This document shows positions 48,894-58,895 of a stretch of DNA of 64,000 bases, piece by piece. Source of the DNA: an uncultured Hyphomicrobiales bacterium (GTDB lineage: Bacteria; Bacteroidota; Ignavibacteria; Kapaibacteriales; UBA2268); assembly GCA_964610885.1 (NCBI GenBank), contig CAZSWR010000001.1, positions 63,260-127,259 of the forward strand, in the 5' to 3' direction. A model generated the notes under the pieces. It saw only the letters and a list, made by a program, of their open reading frames with translations, searched no databases and was not told the origin of the DNA. Positions within the stretch are counted from its first letter, which is position 1. Every line of letters begins with the position of its first letter. Made by a program: the position numbers and the translations under genes.

Positions 48894-49700
48894 ATGAAAA
48901 TGATTTCTTGGAATATTAACGGATACCGCGCCGTAACCGGCCAGAACCCAAGCAAACGATTCGATACGGTTACAAAAGAAAACAAACTGTTTTCGCTAAT
49001 CGAGCGCGAAATACCTGATATTATTTGCCTACAGGAAACCAAAGCCGACTTGGAGCAGATCAACGAAGATTTGCGATGCCCCGAGGGCTACCACGCCTAT
49101 TACCATTCGTGCTCATCGCGCAAGGGCTATAGCGGCGTGGCAGCGTTTTCGCGTGTTGAACCCCAAAATGTAATCACGTCGATTGGTGAAGAGCGCTTCG
49201 ACCGCGAGGGCCGAGTGCTGGGCTTGGACTTTGGCGAATATATCGTCTTATCTGTCTATTTTCCTAAGGGCGAGGCCGAATCAGAACGCCTTACGTACAA
49301 AATGGAATTCTACGACGAATTCTTCCGTTGGGCAGCGTCGCTTGTCCAGTCCGGCAAAAAACTCATTATCGGCGGCGATTACAATACCGCACACAACGAA
49401 ATCGACCTTGCTCGGCCCAAGGAAAACGTCGGCACGTCCGGCTTCATGCCCGAGGAACGGAAAAAATTAGATTTTATCACGTCCATCGGCTTTGTCGATG
49501 CATTCCGCCGCTCCCGGCCAGACTCAGTAGAGTATTCTTGGTGGAGCAATCGCGGCAGAGCACGCGAAAACAACGTCGGCTGGCGCATTGATTACTTCTT
49601 CGTTTCGGGGAATTTCTCGGGCGGCATCGCAGATTGCTACCATCTGACCGACCAACTCGGCTCCGACCACTGCCCAGTAGTACTTGAATTCAAGTATTGA
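48894..49700 (+). CDS. xth: Exodeoxyribonuclease III
   Basis: Start at MKMISWNINGYRAV, 5 nt after the kinase stop. ExoIII/AP-endonuclease motifs (...CLQETK..., ...GDYNTAHNEIDL..., ...SDHCPVVLEF). Confidence 0.9.
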   Translation: MKMISWNINGYRAVTGQNPSKRFDTVTKENKLFSLIEREIPDIICLQETKADLEQINEDLRCPEGYHAYYHSCSSRKGYSGVAAFSRVEPQNVITSIGEERFDREGRVLGLDFGEYIVLSVYFPKGEAESERLTYKMEFYDEFFRWAASLVQSGKKLIIGGDYNTAHNEIDLARPKENVGTSGFMPEERKKLDFITSIGFVDAFRRSRPDSVEYSWWSNRGRARENNVGWRIDYFFVSGNFSGGIADCYHLTDQLGSDHCPVVLEFKY

Positions 49701-49742
49701 TAGCGAAAATCATTTCCATCCCCAAAGCATTACGATAGTGAT

Positions 49743-49941
49743 GTGAGGGCGAGGTAACCTCGCCCCTACGCCGGATATGTAGTGCGATACACAAGTTTCA
49801 TTCTTATAGAATGAATTGGGGGAATTGGCTTTGGTGGAGACTTTGCGTAATGGTTTTTAGAATACTACGAGAAAAATGACTGAATATTGAAATCTCTATG
49901 TTAAATTTCTACCTGTAGGGGCGAGGTTACCTCGCCCTCAC
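49743..49941. mobile_element. 199-bp element bounded by perfect 27-bp inverted repeats (GTGAGGGCGAGGTAACCTCGCCCCTAC / reverse complement); MITE-like or inverted REP pair
   Basis: Terminal repeats at 49743-49769 and 49915-49941 are exact reverse complements. Each is itself a hairpin (GGGCGAGGT-A-ACCTCGCCC). It sits between the convergent xth and priA genes, and neither strand has a T-run after the hairpins. Confidence 0.5.
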
Positions 49942-49977
49942 TCCCGTTTGAATGAGATCAACATTTCGCCTATAGGT

Positions 49978-52488
49978 TTACATCGCGCCGGAATACGAAT
50001 CGACATCAATGAAATATTCTTCCGTCGAGCTGGCATATTTCTCGTTGTATGCCGAAACAGCGTAGTCGAGATAGTGCTTCAGTTTCCTTCCTGATTTGTC
50101 ATTTTCTTTAATGCTTTTGATCACAATCAAACGGCGATAGTAGCCACGGAGCATGTATAGCATTGGCGTAATTGGCCCGTAGAAGCGAATGGAACTCTCG
50201 GAGCGTGGCAGTAGCGACATCATTTTTGTGCATTTGTCGTGCACTTTGTCTTCGTCTTTGCCTGTGAACTCGATTAAAACAATCCTCGAGAATGGCGGGT
50301 ACTGAGCCTTGGCACGGTTCGGAATCTCGCTGTGGTAGAATGCTTCGTAATCGCCTGTGATGGCATGGTATATCGCCGGGCTTTCCGGCCGGGAAGTCTG
50401 AATAATCACCTCTCCCCTGCTATTGCCACTTCGCCCTGCGCGCCCGGCCACTTGGGTTAGCAATTGGAAGGTTCGTTCGCCGGCGCGGAAATCCGGCGTA
50501 AATAGCTGCAAATCGGCATTCGTTACGCCGACCAGAGTTACGCGGGAGAAATCAAGGCCTTTGGCCACCATCTGGGTACCAACCAAAATATCAGTCTTTT
50601 CCTCGAAGAAGTCGCTAAGGATTTTCCGGTGGGATCCTTTTTTCCGCGTTGTATCCAAATCAAGCCGGGCAATTTTCGGGTCCTGCCCCCGAGCGATCAG
50701 CTGTTCTGTTAGCTCGTCTTCGATGCGCTCTGTACCGCTACCGATTTCTTGAATATTCTTCGAGCCGCAAGCTCCGCAAGACATGTAGGCGTTTTGCGTA
50801 TGCCCGCAATAATGGCAAGCCAAGGTGCCGGTTGCTTTGTGGTACGTTAGCGATGTGGAGCAGTTCTTGCATTGAGGGATGTCCCCGCAGTCAGAGCAGA
50901 TCAGAAACGACGAAAAGCCTCGTCGGTTCTGGAAAATGATTGTGCCCTCTCCCCTTTCGGTCCTTTCGGAGACAGCTTCGAGCAAATCGACTGAAAATGT
51001 GCCGACCACTCGGCCTTCGCGACGTGCTGAAATCATGTCTAATGCCTTGATTCGGGGCATTTCAGCATTGTCTGCCCTGTGCATGATCCTAAGCAGTCGA
51101 TACTTACCCGTCTCGGCATTGCGGAATGTCTCTATCGATGGAGTGGCCGAACCAAGCACAACGGTTGCCTTTTCTATCTGGCCACGCATCAGCGCGGTGT
51201 CGCGGGCATTGTATCGCGGCGCGGGGCTGTCCTGCTTGTAGGTCGGTTCGTGTTCTTCGTCAACGATTACCAGCCCAAGGTTTTGCATTGGGGCAAAGAC
51301 AGCACTACGCGCGCCAATCACAATCCGAGCCTCGCCGGTGGAGATTTCGTAAAATGCTTTGGTTCGCTCGCCGGGCGACATTCGGCTGTGCAGCACTGCC
51401 ACGCGCTCGTGGAAAGCATTGCGGAAACGATCGATAAGCTGTGGCGTTAGAGAAATCTCCGGTACCAGCACCAATGCGCTTTTCCCGTCGGCGAGTGTGC
51501 TTCGTATTGAATGCAAATAGACCAAGGTCTTGCCGCTACCAGTAACGCCAAAGAGCAGATACGGGGAAAATTGCCCGCTTCTGACAGCTTCGGCAATCTG
51601 TTCGTAGGCCTCGCGCTGTTCCTTCGTCAGCCGCAGTTCGATTTCGTTCCTTTTCGATAGTCTGAATCCTTCGTCTTCGGTGCTTTCCGAATAGACTTTC
51701 TCGGCGGCTAAGTACCCGTCGGCAGCCAATTGTTTAAGCATCTGCGGCTTGATTCCCGCGGCTTCGCCTATGTCGTTCGGCAGAATGAGTTTCGGCCCGA
51801 ATCCGGCCACGTCCGCAAAAGCAGAAAGAGCCTTTGCCCTTTTCGGATACTTTTTCGCAAGTTCGAAACTTGCAATTTCAATTGAGTTTTCGTTCAGGTA
51901 TTCGTCCGAAAGCCTGTATGCAGTGATTTTCCTGGCGTCTTGTAGGCCTTCGACGGAAGTGTCCAACTCGGCCAAGCCGTCTGTTTCCAAGTATGAAAGA
52001 ATCAAGGCGACAGAATCGATCCTCAGTCTGGATTCGAGGAATTTCGAGCTGAGCCATGTGCCCGATTCAATTAATGCCTCCAGAAGTGCTGCCCTTTTCG
52101 GCGCTCGGAGTTTCAAAGCTCGAAGTTCGTCGTTGGTGATTTCTCTCGCCACGCGCGCCCGCAGTACGCTTTTGGCCGAAAGCGAAGATGGAATCACCGC
52201 CCGAAGCGCTTCGCCCCACGAACAGAAATAGTAATCGGCTATCCATTTCGTCAGTTGGAGCATTTCGGGGCTTATGATTGCACGTGTGTCGAGCAATTCG
52301 GTAATGCTTTTCAGAGATTTGAGGTCGGTATGCTCCGGTTCCTCCACGATAACGCCGGTAAGTGTGCGGCGCCCAAAGCTGACCAAGGCCCGGCGGCCGG
52401 CCAAACTCTCTCCGACGTTCGCATTTGCTTTGTATGTAAAGAGTTGCCGGACAGGAATTGGAAGGGCGATATTTACCAATCTGTCCAT
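49978..52488 (-). CDS. priA: Primosomal protein N' (replication restart helicase)
   Basis: 836 aa; N-terminal 3'-binding domain, Walker A GVTGSGKT, DEEH box, Cys-rich zinc-binding insert (CSDCGDIPQCKNCSTSLTYHKATGTLACHYCG...CGACGS). Confidence 0.9.
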   Translation of the reverse strand: MDRLVNIALPIPVRQLFTYKANANVGESLAGRRALVSFGRRTLTGVIVEEPEHTDLKSLKSITELLDTRAIISPEMLQLTKWIADYYFCSWGEALRAVIPSSLSAKSVLRARVAREITNDELRALKLRAPKRAALLEALIESGTWLSSKFLESRLRIDSVALILSYLETDGLAELDTSVEGLQDARKITAYRLSDEYLNENSIEIASFELAKKYPKRAKALSAFADVAGFGPKLILPNDIGEAAGIKPQMLKQLAADGYLAAEKVYSESTEDEGFRLSKRNEIELRLTKEQREAYEQIAEAVRSGQFSPYLLFGVTGSGKTLVYLHSIRSTLADGKSALVLVPEISLTPQLIDRFRNAFHERVAVLHSRMSPGERTKAFYEISTGEARIVIGARSAVFAPMQNLGLVIVDEEHEPTYKQDSPAPRYNARDTALMRGQIEKATVVLGSATPSIETFRNAETGKYRLLRIMHRADNAEMPRIKALDMISARREGRVVGTFSVDLLEAVSERTERGEGTIIFQNRRGFSSFLICSDCGDIPQCKNCSTSLTYHKATGTLACHYCGHTQNAYMSCGACGSKNIQEIGSGTERIEDELTEQLIARGQDPKIARLDLDTTRKKGSHRKILSDFFEEKTDILVGTQMVAKGLDFSRVTLVGVTNADLQLFTPDFRAGERTFQLLTQVAGRAGRSGNSRGEVIIQTSRPESPAIYHAITGDYEAFYHSEIPNRAKAQYPPFSRIVLIEFTGKDEDKVHDKCTKMMSLLPRSESSIRFYGPITPMLYMLRGYYRRLIVIKSIKENDKSGRKLKHYLDYAVSAYNEKYASSTEEYFIDVDSYSGAM

Positions 52489-52497
52489 TCGTTCGGC

Positions 52498-53700
52498 TTA
52501 CTTCAAAAGTTTAGTAATCATTTCCGTCAGGTTTTTTTCCATGTCTTCTTCGTATCCGATAAACGTTCCGGCCACTTTCCCTTTGCTGTCAATAATATAA
52601 AATGTCGGCCAGCCCGTAATATGGTAAGCATCCGGCAACGATGCCGAGACCAGAACAGTTTCGTAGCGCATTGGAATGCGTTTGAGGAATTTGGGCAGCC
52701 TAACGAGGCCCTTTTCGTTGTTGTCCCGGGAGTTTATGCCAATGATTTGGAATTTTTCCTTTGGAAACTTGGCGAGCAGCTTCTCCACTTCGGGAAATGC
52801 CTTCACGCACCAAGGGCAGTTCATGTACCAGAAGTCGAGTAGCGTGATTTTGCCATTGAAATCAATTTTGGTATTGGCCAGGCCGTTTTGGTAATTCTTG
52901 CCCTCGATCGCAGGGGCAGCGGTTCCGGCTACGAGCAATTCGGGCTTTGATTCGGCCGATTCATTTTCGTCGTAATCTTTAATTGAGCAATCGCTGAGCT
53001 GCTTGCGCACGTCGAAATCGTCATTGCCGATATTATCTAATTCAATGTCCGAATAGATAAACTCTTTGAAAGAAAACAAGCCATCGACAGATACATTATT
53101 CAGTACCAGAACAGGAAACATCTTCGATTTCGATACGACCAGATGGTTCTCCAAATCTCCGGCAGTCGTTGTTCCTCTGAATACCATGTGGTAACATTGC
53201 TCGGTGCCGATGACAGTATCCGCGAGCATTTCAGCTTTCAAATTGCTTTGCTTCGAAATTGTTTCCGGACGCAAAAATTCTGTATAGACGCAGTAAGAAG
53301 CATTAGACGGCATTAGCGCCCAATCTTGGCCCTTGTGCGGAAAATACTTTGTTGCAGTTTTTGTCTTCGCATCGGCTTTGTAGATGTTTTCGAGGTCATA
53401 AATCCTTATAATGCCAAGCTCTTCGGGACTGTCTGTGGCATAGCCCAACTTCCCGCCAATTATTGTATCTTTCGCATCGCGAAGCATTGCTACCATGCCC
53501 TTGAAGGCTATAGTATCGTCTTTGCTGAGGCTTTTGTAGCGGAAAGAGCAAGTATATGAAATGCTTTTGTGCGAACTGATTCTCGCTCTCATTTCGTTTA
53601 GGACTTCTGCTGGTGTTTGGGCCGAGGCAATGCAAACGGCGACGAAGAGCATTATGATAATTAGTCTGGTACGTATCATTTTGTCGAACCTATAGGTCAA
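52498..53700 (-). CDS. TlpA/redoxin-family thiol:disulfide oxidoreductase with an N-terminal uncharacterised domain
   Basis: C-terminal thioredoxin fold with CPWC active site (LLDFWYMNCPWCVKAFPEVEKL...GINSRD...). Signal peptide; start may be the internal MIRTRL. Confidence 0.75.
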   Translation of the reverse strand: MTYRFDKMIRTRLIIIMLFVAVCIASAQTPAEVLNEMRARISSHKSISYTCSFRYKSLSKDDTIAFKGMVAMLRDAKDTIIGGKLGYATDSPEELGIIRIYDLENIYKADAKTKTATKYFPHKGQDWALMPSNASYCVYTEFLRPETISKQSNLKAEMLADTVIGTEQCYHMVFRGTTTAGDLENHLVVSKSKMFPVLVLNNVSVDGLFSFKEFIYSDIELDNIGNDDFDVRKQLSDCSIKDYDENESAESKPELLVAGTAAPAIEGKNYQNGLANTKIDFNGKITLLDFWYMNCPWCVKAFPEVEKLLAKFPKEKFQIIGINSRDNNEKGLVRLPKFLKRIPMRYETVLVSASLPDAYHITGWPTFYIIDSKGKVAGTFIGYEEDMEKNLTEMITKLLK

Positions 53701-53713
53701 ATTTCTAAAATCA

Positions 53714-54595
53714 TTAATAAATTGAATAAACTATGCCTAACTGCATGGTCTGTTTGACTTGTGTATGAACCGACTGGCTGACGATATGCAAAACAATCGC
53801 ATTGAGGTTCACGTTGAAATACTTGCTGATTCGGGCTGTAAGAGTGTTTTCCCAGCGCACATCCCAAATATCGATAGGGCGAAAACGGCCAAAAAGTTTG
53901 AGGCTCGTCGCGAACATAACATTCTCTTCGATGTGCCAATCGAGAGTTGTTACAGATTCGATACCAGTTTCCAAACGAAAGCGTTTCGTGGAATCTCCAG
54001 TGATTGGGTCTTTGGTGTAGTTCAGGAATTTGTCTGTGAAAATCTCTTGGAAAGACACACCGAGGCGAGTCGTGAAGCCTTTTATTTTGTTATAGGCAAA
54101 CCCAACGGATTGGGTTAAGTATGCTGGATCGCAAAATGCGGCTGTTTGTTGGATTGGAGTCTGTTTGTAATCATATCCGTTCGCCACCAAGGTTCTGAAC
54201 GAATTGCTGAAGAAAGGATCCAATTCCCAGTTCATTTTATACGTTAAAACGCTCTCCAAAAACAGGTCATTATCGTTGTTGCGGAATTCTGAATCATCGA
54301 TTTTCGACATACCAAATGCAAAATTCAGGCGATTGGCCACGGCCCATTTCTCGGAATCGTAGCGAATACCAAGTTTTGAAAAGACTGACCAAGTTACTGA
54401 ATTGTCGCCGCCTTGGGACCAATTGGTAAGAGACATCTGGCTGGCATTGAGGCCCACAATCGCCGTTGGCGTCCATGGCTTCTTCGCTGTAGTATCTTTC
54501 TTTTGCGTACTGTCCGGGGCAACGGCTGCAATAGCCGGGCATAGCCCAAATGCCCAAAGAGCTATAGTGAAAACTAAGCCTGCAATTCTTTTCAT
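53714..54595 (-). CDS. DUF3078-like outer-membrane beta-barrel protein
   Basis: Signal peptide; LNASQMSLTNWSQGGDNSVTW motif and alternating amphipathic strands ending in an aromatic residue. Confidence 0.5.
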   Translation of the reverse strand: MKRIAGLVFTIALWAFGLCPAIAAVAPDSTQKKDTTAKKPWTPTAIVGLNASQMSLTNWSQGGDNSVTWSVFSKLGIRYDSEKWAVANRLNFAFGMSKIDDSEFRNNDNDLFLESVLTYKMNWELDPFFSNSFRTLVANGYDYKQTPIQQTAAFCDPAYLTQSVGFAYNKIKGFTTRLGVSFQEIFTDKFLNYTKDPITGDSTKRFRLETGIESVTTLDWHIEENVMFATSLKLFGRFRPIDIWDVRWENTLTARISKYFNVNLNAIVLHIVSQSVHTQVKQTMQLGIVYSIY

Positions 54596-54672
54596 TCTTC
54601 ACCTCATGCAATCATTCAAAACCCTGCGCGCAGCTTTGCGAGTCCGCGCACAGGGTTTGTTAACACAAATCA

Positions 54673-55653
54673 TTACGCCATCAGCGAGCAAATCGACGAC
54701 ACATTGATCATGTCGTCCACGCTGCAACCGCGAGAAAGGTCGCAATATGGCTTGGCAAGGCCTTGGACGATAGGCCCGACTGCTTCGGCACCGGCCAAAC
54801 GCTCGACGAGTTTGTATCCGATATTCCCTGCGTTCAAGTCGGGGAAAATCAGCACGTTTGCCTTGCCGGCGACGGGCGAACCTTTGAACTTACGTTCGCC
54901 AATCGAAGGTACAATCGCTGTATCGAGCTGCATTTCGCCATCGATCATCATATCGGGTGCTTTTTCTTTGGCAATTTTCGTTGCGCTTTTCACTTTGTCC
55001 ACGAGCGGATGGTCTGCGCTGCCGTTCGTCGAGAACGAAAGCATTGCAATGCGTGGATCTTCGCCGGTGATTGCCTTGAAATTCTTGGCAGACGTTACTG
55101 CAATGTCGGCAAGTTGGACGTCTGTCGGGTCGGGATTGACGGCGCAATCGCCAAAGCAGATAAGCTTGTCTGGGAAGGCCATTATGAAGAAGCTCGACAC
55201 AGTCGAAATCCCCGGTGCGCAGCCCACAGTGAAGAGCGAAGCGCGAATAATGTCGCCCGTGGACGAAACATTGCCGCCCAAAACGACGCGCACATTACCA
55301 GTTTCGAGCAACATGCCAGAGAAGAAGATCGATTGGGACATCATTTCTTTTGCTTTTTCGGCGGTCAAGCCTTTTGCTTTGCGTTTTTCGTAAAGTGTAT
55401 TCGAAAAACCATCCAGAAGAGGCGACTCCAATGGATTAATTATCTCGACGCCTTCGATATTGATTTGGTTGTCGTTCGCCACTTGGCAGATCTTATCTGG
55501 ATCGCCGACGAGGACCGGTTGGGCAATTTTGTGCTCGAGGACGTACGCAGCCGTTTTGAGCGTGCGTGTGTCTTCGGCGTCGGGGTAGGCAATGCGATAG
55601 TTGCACGATTTCGCCCTTTCGCGCATTACTTCGGTGAAATTGTTCGTAGCCAT
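54673..55653 (-). CDS. pta: Phosphate acetyltransferase
   Basis: 326 aa; typical short-form Pta N-terminus (RIAYPDAEDTRTLKTAAYVLEHKIAQPVLVG) and C-terminal catalytic region. Confidence 0.9.
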   Translation of the reverse strand: MATNNFTEVMRERAKSCNYRIAYPDAEDTRTLKTAAYVLEHKIAQPVLVGDPDKICQVANDNQINIEGVEIINPLESPLLDGFSNTLYEKRKAKGLTAEKAKEMMSQSIFFSGMLLETGNVRVVLGGNVSSTGDIIRASLFTVGCAPGISTVSSFFIMAFPDKLICFGDCAVNPDPTDVQLADIAVTSAKNFKAITGEDPRIAMLSFSTNGSADHPLVDKVKSATKIAKEKAPDMMIDGEMQLDTAIVPSIGERKFKGSPVAGKANVLIFPDLNAGNIGYKLVERLAGAEAVGPIVQGLAKPYCDLSRGCSVDDMINVSSICSLMA

Positions 55654-55685
55654 AGATTTCCTTTTACTAAGTATAAATTATAAAA

Positions 55686-56933
55686 TTACCATACTCTCGG
55701 GAGGTCGTTGACTACGCGGAAAGTGTCGCGTGCCAAGATTAATTCTTCGTTTGTGGGGATCACGTAGATTGCCACTTTGCTGTCGGCCGCGCTGATGAGC
55801 GATTCCTGGCCGCGGGGTGCGTTTTCGTTCTTTTCGTTGTCCAGCTTGACGCCAAGGTACTCCAAATTTTCGCAAACCATTTTGCGAATAAGAGGCGAAT
55901 TCTCGCCAATGCCCGCTGTGAAGCAAATCGCATCGCAAGCGTTCATTTCGGCCATGTACGAACCAATATATTTTTTAATTCGAATTGCAAACATATCGAG
56001 AGCGAGCTTCGCGCGTTGGTTCGAGTGTTCGAGCATCTCGCGTTCGAGGTCGCGCATATCGTTCGAAATGCCGGAAATGCCGAGGACGCCCGATTGTTTG
56101 TTGAGCATATTGAATGCATCGGCGACAGTGATTTTGTCTTTGCGCATGATGTATTCGATGATAGCAGTATCGAAATCGCCGGCGCGGGTGCCCATGATCA
56201 GACCTTCCAGAGGCGTCATGCCCATCGAAGTATCCAATGATTTGCCGTTTTTGATTGCGCAGGCCGACGAGCCGTTGCCCAGGTGGAGCGTGATGATATT
56301 TGTATCGTCAACGGATTTGCCAGTCAGGCGGCGATAGCGGTATGCGATGTATCTGTGCGAAGTGCCGTGGAAACCATAGCGGCGCACTTTGAGCCTTGTG
56401 TAGAGTTCGTAGGGAATGCCGTATAGATAGGATGTTTCGGGCATCGTCGTGTGGAACGATGTATCAAAGACTCCAACCATTGGCAAATCCTTGCCGAATA
56501 CGTCGCGGGCAGCTGTAATACCCTTCAGGTTGGCAGGATTGTGTAGCGGAGCCAAATCGATCGAGGCTTCCATTTGTGCAATAACTTCGTCGTCAATTTT
56601 GACTGATTTTTTGAATCTTTCCTCGCCGTGCACCAAGCGGTGGCCAATGGCATGAATGTCCTGAAGGCTGTTCAGCCCGGGGATAGCAGTCTCGGGCGAA
56701 GTGATCCAAGAGATAGCGTGCAGAAGCGCGTCCCGGTGGTCTTTCATCTCCATTGTGCCCTTCACGGCCGGCTTGCCAGTTACTTGGTATGTGAAGAGAG
56801 CATCGCCGCCGATACGCTCGACCAAGCCTTTGGCAAGCATTTCGTCGGAGTCGTTGTGAATCTTGTTCTCGTCGGTAACGATGATTTGAAATTTTAACGA
56901 CGACGATCCACAGTTCAATACGAAAATATTCAT
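55686..56933 (-). CDS. ackA: Acetate kinase
   Basis: 415 aa; MNIFVLNCGSSSLKFQI, ...HLGNGSS..., ...GIGENS... motifs. Confidence 0.95.
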   Translation of the reverse strand: MNIFVLNCGSSSLKFQIIVTDENKIHNDSDEMLAKGLVERIGGDALFTYQVTGKPAVKGTMEMKDHRDALLHAISWITSPETAIPGLNSLQDIHAIGHRLVHGEERFKKSVKIDDEVIAQMEASIDLAPLHNPANLKGITAARDVFGKDLPMVGVFDTSFHTTMPETSYLYGIPYELYTRLKVRRYGFHGTSHRYIAYRYRRLTGKSVDDTNIITLHLGNGSSACAIKNGKSLDTSMGMTPLEGLIMGTRAGDFDTAIIEYIMRKDKITVADAFNMLNKQSGVLGISGISNDMRDLEREMLEHSNQRAKLALDMFAIRIKKYIGSYMAEMNACDAICFTAGIGENSPLIRKMVCENLEYLGVKLDNEKNENAPRGQESLISAADSKVAIYVIPTNEELILARDTFRVVNDLPRVW

Positions 56934-57127
56934 TGTACAACCTTTTGTTTAATAGTTCAATATAATACTTTATGTGTATCTCTTTAATAAAAATCAACAA
57001 TTCACGAAATGAACAAAAAGCAAAGATACGAAAAGAATTAACTTTTTCTGTTGTGGAATAGAACTATTTTTTCACATTGTTAAACAATACTATTTCCAAA
57101 CAAAACAAAGCAGTAATTCTTTGCAAT

Positions 57128-58474
57128 TCATTTCTTTGAATACTTTATTAGTGCATCACAGAACCAATTGGCAATTGCCTGTCTGTTATTCTTTTCGATG
57201 AACCGGACCTGATTGCGTTTGTTCTGAATATTGCCTAATTCGACGTAAATTCCGGTAGGTTTGGTTTCGCGCAGCATAAGCAGGTTGCGAGCCGTAACAG
57301 TCCCTTTGTATCCACGCCCGGGTTGCGATGCGTCGTATTTATTTTTAATGTGATTATAAACAGATTCGGCAAGAGCTTTCCCTTCGGAACTACCTGGTTT
57401 GAAGTAGAAGAAAATGTCCACTCTTTGCTTTACCACTCGCGAATCCAAGTGGATCACAATCAGTTGCTGCAATTTTGCAGTTTTCTTATGTTTTTCGTAC
57501 AATTCATTTACGATAGAGGCTCTGGCAGTCAACCTTTCTTTCTGGTTTTCGGATATTGCACCGCCGCCGTAGTAATACTCTTTATCGTCGTTGCTGAGGA
57601 ACTGATCGTCCCGGATGCCGTCATTGTCGTCGTGTACGAGCACATAGACAGTGGCGCCGTGTTGGAGCAATGCTCTGGCCAATCGCAAAACGACGTCGTA
57701 GGCGTATTCATCTTCGCAGAGGTCATATTTGCCGATGTGGCCGATTGCGCCGGGGTCCGGCCCGCCATGGCCGGGATCCAGGTAATAGACGCAATCCTCC
57801 AAAGAGTTGTCGATTTTGTCGATCTTTTTATATTTATCGCCGAGGAATGGTACTCCATTGCCTTTTTTCTTCGATTCGCCATTCTTTTTTTTGTCGTCGC
57901 TTTTCGAATCGTCTTTCTTCTTGGCGGAGTCCTCGGTCGATTGCCTTTTCTTTTTATCTTTCGTTAATGGTTTTTTTCGTGGAATTGGGGCGAATGTGGA
58001 GTCGGCATCTTCCTTTGCTGTTGGTTTATCCGAATCGCAGGCCAGCAGATAGACAGGAACCCAAATCTGTTTGCTTTTCTTATAGCTATTTGGCACCAGC
58101 CCTGCATCGAGATATTTGCCATTGAGTTCGTCTATTTTCAAAGCAGTCTCTTTGGAAATGCCCTCGACAGAACCTCTGATACTTTTACCATTGTACTGAT
58201 AGATTTTTATGGGTAGCCGATAAGTCTCGCCCTTGAGCAGTCCACCCTTTTTGTCAAACTTTTTCGGGTTCAATTCTTTGAAAAGTGCGATATTTTCTTT
58301 GTCTGCCGGGAGTTTGTAGCGGTTCAACAGCACCGATGTTCCTTCGCCAAGTTTGGGTTTGACCCTGACGTATTTCGGGCCTGCTAACGCAATGTTAGTC
58401 ATTGCATTAAATACAGTTAGCATAATTGCCAACAGAGCAGCCTTGCAAAATAATCCCTTAATTCTATGTCCCAT
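57128..58474 (-). CDS. N-acetylmuramoyl-L-alanine amidase (Amidase_3 family) with a Lys/Asp-rich linker
   Basis: C-terminal Amidase_3 domain (...YYLDPGHGGPDPGAIG..., ...VELGNIQNKRNQVRF...). Signal peptide; low-complexity KKKDDSKSDDKKKNGESKKKGNG linker. Confidence 0.8.
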   Translation of the reverse strand: MGHRIKGLFCKAALLAIMLTVFNAMTNIALAGPKYVRVKPKLGEGTSVLLNRYKLPADKENIALFKELNPKKFDKKGGLLKGETYRLPIKIYQYNGKSIRGSVEGISKETALKIDELNGKYLDAGLVPNSYKKSKQIWVPVYLLACDSDKPTAKEDADSTFAPIPRKKPLTKDKKKRQSTEDSAKKKDDSKSDDKKKNGESKKKGNGVPFLGDKYKKIDKIDNSLEDCVYYLDPGHGGPDPGAIGHIGKYDLCEDEYAYDVVLRLARALLQHGATVYVLVHDDNDGIRDDQFLSNDDKEYYYGGGAISENQKERLTARASIVNELYEKHKKTAKLQQLIVIHLDSRVVKQRVDIFFYFKPGSSEGKALAESVYNHIKNKYDASQPGRGYKGTVTARNLLMLRETKPTGIYVELGNIQNKRNQVRFIEKNNRQAIANWFCDALIKYSKK

Positions 58475-58895
58475 TTGCTGTAATTTCTGCTATCAAAAAC
58501 AAACTCTGCACTGCCCTGGCAGCGTATCGATTTACAAAAATAAAGATTAAAGTATAAGAAAACTAATAAAACGATGAACTAAAAAAAAAATATTCTAATT
58601 TATATAAAACATAGCTGGTACGTTGATATGCAAATTTTGAAGGCAGCAGATACATTTACTAATTAGTTATATTGTATTTGGGGAAGTTTAGTATCGTTTT
58701 ATATGGATAAGTAATTTACATGATCGAACCTCCCATTTTATCCCTTCCTTATTAAGGCAGGGGAAAGAAATCCTTTGCTTAGCGAAGGGTTTCTGGAGTG
58801 GTATGTAACTTGAGAAGCGAGTTGAATATTTTAATGTTTAATTGATACTATTTCATACGCGGAATTGAATCTGCACTACTGAAAATATCATTTTT

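Noticed and set aside
49743-49941. Interpretation as two convergent intrinsic terminators for xth and priA
   Set aside because: Neither hairpin is followed by a T-run on the relevant strand, and the two hairpin units are perfect 27-bp reverse complements including non-stem flanks. That fits a repeat or mobile element better, though a terminator role cannot be excluded.
54763-55683. 306-aa ORF on the + strand (also 54704-55393, 229 aa)
   Set aside because: Antisense to the unambiguous phosphate acetyltransferase (pta) gene; no motifs.
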